60,461 nt of DNA from an uncultured Oscillospiraceae bacterium (lineage in GTDB: Bacteria > Bacillota > Clostridia > Peptostreptococcales > Anaerovoracaceae), in assembly GCA_964651095.1 (NCBI GenBank), contig CAZYWO010000001.1, positions 1-60,461 on the forward strand, written 5' to 3'. The notes under the pieces are model-generated. The model made no database searches, had not been told where the DNA came from, and saw nothing but the letters and a program-made list of their open reading frames with translations. Positions 56,376 to 60,461 of the stretch are shown one piece after another. Both the position numbers and the translations under genes were made by a program. The first letter of the stretch is position 1. The number at the start of each line of letters is the position of its first letter.

Positions 56376-56398
56376 ATTCTTTATTCTCTCATAGTTGT

Positions 56399-57175
56399 TC
56401 AAAGCTCAAATTCCTCTGCTTTGCCTGCAATACCCCAACTTTCGGCAACGCCATCTGCAAAGGATTCGACACAGTTGTGTATCTCTGCCATATGATCAGC
56501 TTCACAGTCGAGCCAAGCCTGATAACAGGAAGCAATAGGACAGGGCAGCATAAGCAATGCCTTTGTTTGTGCTTCGGTTAAAACGTCGCTTTTCAAGGAA
56601 ATAAGAATATCGTCACGCACCGACTTTTCATAGGCTCTTTCTATTATTTCTTCCGCAGGCATTTTCTTCAGGAGCTCCACATAATCACGCTGCTCTCCAT
56701 CCGCCCGTTCTTGCAGCATAACAGTCAATTCAGCATGAGAAAAATCGTCCAAATTTATTTCTTCGGCTTTTTTCAATTCGTCTCGAACCTGAGTAACAAG
56801 AGTATCCAAAATTCCGGGATGAATGTTAAGATAGGGGACATTTCCCTTAAATTTATCGGCTATCAGTTTTTGTCCCCAAGAGCGGTTTTCTCGTGATATT
56901 CTTACGTCCCAATCACCTATGGAGTTGATATTGCCGGCAAGAACCAGACATAACCGCTGAGCCCCAAACTCATTAAGAAGCCTTTGTGCCCCATCGCTTG
57001 CCAAAGATGAACCGTTATAGTTATCTTTTATCATATTTATGATTCTGTCCCGGCATCGGGCATTTTCCTCTTCAGAAATCCGGAAAAGGTATTCCTCACC
57101 CCTTGACTTCGCAATTCCGGGGGAATGAGGATACACGTCTTTTATAGTTTTCATTTTGTTCCTCCTTAAGTTCAC
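56399..57175 (-). CDS. Hypothetical ICE accessory protein with C-terminal EEFEL tail
   Basis: 258 aa, cytoplasmic. No motif I can name with confidence. Ends GKAEEFEL. Confidence 0.55.
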   Translation of the reverse strand: MNLRRNKMKTIKDVYPHSPGIAKSRGEEYLFRISEEENARCRDRIINMIKDNYNGSSLASDGAQRLLNEFGAQRLCLVLAGNINSIGDWDVRISRENRSWGQKLIADKFKGNVPYLNIHPGILDTLVTQVRDELKKAEEINLDDFSHAELTVMLQERADGEQRDYVELLKKMPAEEIIERAYEKSVRDDILISLKSDVLTEAQTKALLMLPCPIASCYQAWLDCEADHMAEIHNCVESFADGVAESWGIAGKAEEFEL

Positions 57176-57178
57176 ATC

Positions 57179-57511
57179 TTAAAGCTCAAATTCCTCTGCT
57201 TCGTTTACCGCAGCCTCACTTTCTGCAAGGCAAAACTCTTTTATGCCCACTGCTATATCAAAATCAGAATCCTTGCCACAGGCATTATAGTGGAAAAAAG
57301 TATTCAAAGCTTGCGCAATAGCCATTGCATGTCTTTTATCAAAAACGTCAATAAAATCGTCGTAAGTGTAAGGACGAGAATCAAAAGGTAAAGAACGACA
57401 CTTAGACAGGCATGGCAAGGCAATGAATGAACCTAAAACACGTGGAACATAAATCAACGTATAACGAATACCATCAAGAAAAAAAGGAATCTCACTAATC
57501 TCATTAAACAT
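57179..57511 (-). CDS. Hypothetical small protein with C-terminal EEFEL tail
   Basis: 110 aa. Ends NEAEEFEL. The last 21 nt, including the stop region, are identical to those of the downstream gene (aaagctcaaattcctctgctt). Confidence 0.5.
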   Translation of the reverse strand: MFNEISEIPFFLDGIRYTLIYVPRVLGSFIALPCLSKCRSLPFDSRPYTYDDFIDVFDKRHAMAIAQALNTFFHYNACGKDSDFDIAVGIKEFCLAESEAAVNEAEEFEL

Positions 57512-57552
57512 TTAAATCTACCTCTTTCTTTCACTTTTTTGAGTGCCTGATA

Positions 57553-58605
57553 TTACATTTCTTCTTCGATTCCGGCTTCCATGTTATCCTCAAACTCGGC
57601 GCTATGTTCAACATAAAACTCCAAAGCCCTAATTATATATTCCTCGATTTCCTTTTTGGATTGGGTGGGAGCAAAATATTTCTGAGCAAACCCAAGGTTT
57701 ATATTTTTTGTTTTTGTTCCTATGGTTTTTCTTGCGGCAGTTTGGTTATACGTTCCGTTGAGTATCATCTCCGTAACCTCGTTGCTGAGTTTACCCTCTT
57801 TAAAGGTTTTTCTTATCAGCTCTGCCTTTTTTATATCAAGCTTATAGCTTTCAATCTCATCGAGCCTTTGGGCAAGGAACCTCTGAGCATCATGGCTGAT
57901 ATAAGAAATTTCCACAGCCGCCACAAGGCCGATGCGCTCGTCGTCCAACAGCTCCAGCATTTCATCACTGAGCTTGGCAATGCACAAATATCTTGCCACA
58001 TTTCTTCTGGAAAGCCCGTATTTTTCGCCGCTCTCTTTCAGGTTATCCGACTTTGTGCCAAATTGGCACAAAGTTGAGTTTTCCCCGTCGTTAAGGGATT
58101 TCATGAGGGCTTCAATCTCATTTATTATGTCGCTTCTCTTGCCCTGAGCACGTACCGCATCCATATGAGCTGCCAATACAAACGCCCGTTGTGAGTGGCT
58201 CATGTCGGATATACCACGCTGATAAAGATTGGTTTCTGTAACAATAAGCTTTGCTTCTTCCTCTGTAAGGTTATCCTTGACTATAACAGGAACTTCACTG
58301 AATCCGGCAAGCTTCGCAGCATTTACTCGGTTGTGGCCCGAAAGTATTTCGTAGTGACTGTCGTCAATTTTGCGGACTATAATGGGGCAGATTATTCCGT
58401 TGGCTTTTATGCTTTCTATCATGTCGTTAAGGCGTTCTCCCTCGTACAGCTTAAAACGGTGCTTTGAGTATGGCATAAGCATCTCAACCGGCAGGACGGA
58501 CGGCAGACCGGTTTCTGTTGTATCTGTTGTCGCAGAAGTATCTCCGAACAGCGTACCGAAATTTTCAGGCTTTTTCAGTTTAATACTTGATCCTCCTATC
58601 GGCAT
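57553..58605 (-). CDS. parB: ParB/Srx N-terminal-domain protein
   Basis: 350 aa. ICPIIVRKIDDSHYEILSGHNRVNAAKLAGFSEVPVIV (ParB box GHxR) plus a downstream HTH-like region. Adjacent to parA. Ends AGIEEEM. Confidence 0.8.
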   Translation of the reverse strand: MPIGGSSIKLKKPENFGTLFGDTSATTDTTETGLPSVLPVEMLMPYSKHRFKLYEGERLNDMIESIKANGIICPIIVRKIDDSHYEILSGHNRVNAAKLAGFSEVPVIVKDNLTEEEAKLIVTETNLYQRGISDMSHSQRAFVLAAHMDAVRAQGKRSDIINEIEALMKSLNDGENSTLCQFGTKSDNLKESGEKYGLSRRNVARYLCIAKLSDEMLELLDDERIGLVAAVEISYISHDAQRFLAQRLDEIESYKLDIKKAELIRKTFKEGKLSNEVTEMILNGTYNQTAARKTIGTKTKNINLGFAQKYFAPTQSKKEIEEYIIRALEFYVEHSAEFEDNMEAGIEEEM

Positions 58606-58607
58606 TT

Positions 58608-59408
58608 CTATCTCTCCTTTCTCTCAAGTAAAATTTCATCTGTCAAGGCAGCATAGCTCTGGGCCAGTTTGCATTTGTGGTCATAATTCGCCGCTGCCAC
58701 ACCCTCCTGAGCCATAGCTCCTGTTTTCGCATAGGTGGGTATTTGTGTTTCATATATTTTTATACCGCTGCCGTAAGCTTCACGCACGGAGTTTACGATA
58801 ACCGAGCTGTAGCTTGTGCGCCGATCCAGTTTCGTTATCAGAACTCCGTCTATTTTAAGGCGGCGGTTAAGCTTTTTTCTCACATTCGATATGGTAGACA
58901 GCAATGCCTCCATACCCTTTGCGCTGTAATAATCATCTGCCTGCACCGGTATTATAACACTGTCGGCAGCCGTGAGAATATTTATCATCAGCAGTCCGAA
59001 GTGGGGGAGGGCATCAATAATTATATAGTCATAATTCGGAGCATAATATTCCACAATGCTTTTCAGTATCATTTCACGGCACATATTTCCCGCAATGGAT
59101 ACCTCAACCGTGGAAAGGTCAATGTTGCTGGGAATAACATCAACCCCCTGACATGAAACAATATGTTCGCCGGGATTGGCAAGCTCATCTGTTTCAACTA
59201 TTTCCCTAAATAAGTACGGCAATCCCAACGTCAGCTCGTCCGGGCTTTCTATGCCCATAGCCATTGATGCGTTCCCCTGCGGGTCAGCATCAATGAGCAT
59301 CACACGATAACCTTTCTTCTGGAGACACACAGCTAAATTTATTGCTGTGGTGGTTTTTCCCACACCTCCTTTTTGGTTTACTACGGCTTTTACTTTGCAG
59401 TTGTTCAT
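58608..59408 (-). CDS. parA: ParA-family partition ATPase
   Basis: 266 aa. Deviant Walker A VVNQKGGVGKTTTAINLA and Walker B YDYIIIDALP. Confidence 0.85.
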   Translation of the reverse strand: MNNCKVKAVVNQKGGVGKTTTAINLAVCLQKKGYRVMLIDADPQGNASMAMGIESPDELTLGLPYLFREIVETDELANPGEHIVSCQGVDVIPSNIDLSTVEVSIAGNMCREMILKSIVEYYAPNYDYIIIDALPHFGLLMINILTAADSVIIPVQADDYYSAKGMEALLSTISNVRKKLNRRLKIDGVLITKLDRRTSYSSVIVNSVREAYGSGIKIYETQIPTYAKTGAMAQEGVAAANYDHKCKLAQSYAALTDEILLERKER

Positions 59409-59442
59409 AGTGTTTTCTCCCTTTCTTCCTTAATTTATTTCT

Positions 59443-60402
59443 TTAATTTAAAAGTTTACTGGATACGCAGTCACTGCTTTCCTTGTCAATATTTACAATA
59501 ACATGAGAATATATATCCAAGGTTGTACTTACTTTACTATGACCGAGACGTTTGCTCACCGAAACTATATTGATTCCTTCCGAAATCAAAACACTTGCCA
59601 TGGTATGACGGAAAGCGTGCGGATTTACATCAAAAAGTTTGTTCCGCTTTTTGAATCGGTAGAAGAATGAGCTTATGCTGTCGGGGTGCATTGGTGTTAT
59701 CCCATCCTTTTGCGTGAATATGTATTCCCCTATGCCGCAAGGCTCATTTTCTTTAGCCCACTCTTTATACATTTCAATACATGAAACGAGTTTATCGGGA
59801 ATGGCTATTGTCCTGTACGCTGAATCTGTTTTCGGGGTATCAACATATACGCCTCGTTCCGGAGTGTATAAAACGCTGCGGCAGATTCGCAGCGAACTGT
59901 TTGAACTGTCTATATCCGTCCACTTCAAGCCGACCAGCTCACCACGTCTAATACCCGTAGAAAGAAAAATATAGAAAATCATCTGCCATTTTGGTTTTTC
60001 TTTTCTAATTTCCTTTTTCAGCTCTGTAACCTCCGGCAAGGTGAAGGAATTTCCCACGGGCTTTTTCAATTTCGGCGAAGTGGAAAGAGAGGCTGCGTTA
60101 TAGTCTAATATTCGATCTTTTACAGCCTGTGATAATACCGTGGAAATAAAAACCTTTCTGTTGTAAATTGTTTTCGCACAAATCTTTCCTTCCTTGGAGA
60201 ATTCATAATAAAGGGAGGTAAGCATGGGCGGGGTAATATCCTCTATGGGGATATCACCGATATACGGACAAAGAATATTCAAAATATTCTTGTATCCCGA
60301 CAAGGTTCTGTGTTTCATGCCTTGAAATTCCTTTATGGAGAGGACGTGCATGGCATACTCTTTAAAAGGTGTGTTACTGCTGTGTTTTACATAATTAAAC
60401 AT
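59443..60402 (-). CDS. Tyrosine site-specific recombinase/integrase
   Basis: 319 aa. STGIRRGELVGLKW (Arg I), HAFRHTMASVL (H-x-x-R) and LGHSKVSTTLDIYSHV (catalytic Tyr). Confidence 0.85.
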   Translation of the reverse strand: MFNYVKHSSNTPFKEYAMHVLSIKEFQGMKHRTLSGYKNILNILCPYIGDIPIEDITPPMLTSLYYEFSKEGKICAKTIYNRKVFISTVLSQAVKDRILDYNAASLSTSPKLKKPVGNSFTLPEVTELKKEIRKEKPKWQMIFYIFLSTGIRRGELVGLKWTDIDSSNSSLRICRSVLYTPERGVYVDTPKTDSAYRTIAIPDKLVSCIEMYKEWAKENEPCGIGEYIFTQKDGITPMHPDSISSFFYRFKKRNKLFDVNPHAFRHTMASVLISEGINIVSVSKRLGHSKVSTTLDIYSHVIVNIDKESSDCVSSKLLN

Positions 60403-60461
60403 ATTATTTTCTCCTCGTATAATAAAGATAGTATTCTAATTGCCTTTTATAGACAAATAGG

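Noticed and set aside
251-59974. All plus-strand ORFs in the track, for example 33171-33788 (205 aa), 48268-48900 (210 aa), 42362-42949 (195 aa) and 30255-30839 (194 aa).
   Set aside because: Each lies antisense within a longer minus-strand gene that has recognisable motifs. Their translations are Cys/Arg/Phe/Leu-rich with no motifs, and they lack SD sequences. They are shadow ORFs.
1-60461. rRNA genes, tRNA genes, CRISPR arrays and IS elements with terminal inverted repeats.
   Set aside because: None was recognised by eye. Coding density on the minus strand leaves no gap large enough, apart from those described.

Overview
All credible genes in this 60.5-kb window lie on the minus strand. 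It reads as one block of a Firmicutes/Clostridia-type conjugative mobile element, either an ICE or a conjugative plasmid; no element boundary or att site is visible.

Gene order, read in the direction of transcription (right to left):
- Maintenance and establishment: short tyrosine recombinase, ParA, ParB-like protein, two accessory proteins, a small Cys4 ORF, an XRE regulator and a GNAT-like protein.
- DNA processing: a 3080-aa polyvalent protein (ArdC-N-like, MutS-domain-I-like, N6-adenine methyltransferase, SNF2 helicase), a Toprim protein, a hairpin-rich candidate oriT, MobC and a relaxase, then a papain-like hydrolase.
- A Tad/Flp-type pilus locus.
- A ToxN/AbiQ type III toxin with a structured leader.
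- Adhesins.
- A complete retractile type IVa-like pilus locus: PilT, PilB, PilM-N, a PilO-like protein, PilC, the pilins and a prepilin peptidase.
- A battery of secreted surface proteins.
- The T4SS core (VirD4, VirB2-like, VirB6-like, VirB3-like, VirB4) and a Rep-like winged-helix protein.

Most interesting observations:
1. At least seven otherwise unrelated cytoplasmic proteins end in the same acidic-Phe/Glu-Glu-Leu/Met C-terminus. They include the relaxase, the ParB-like protein and the Rpn nuclease copies. This may be a T4SS substrate tag.
2. A recognisable TnpV-family ORF with its own Shine-Dalgarno (SD) sequence is nested out of frame inside the linker of the 3080-aa ORF, giving a dual-coding stretch.
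3. The VirD4 coupling protein is encoded as a membrane-anchor ORF and an ATPase ORF about 21 kb apart. The two pieces bracket the whole type IV pilus and adhesin module. VirB4 is also split.
4. One element carries three envelope machines: a T4SS, a T4aP-like pilus and a Tad pilus.

All family assignments come from motifs recalled from memory. No database search was possible.
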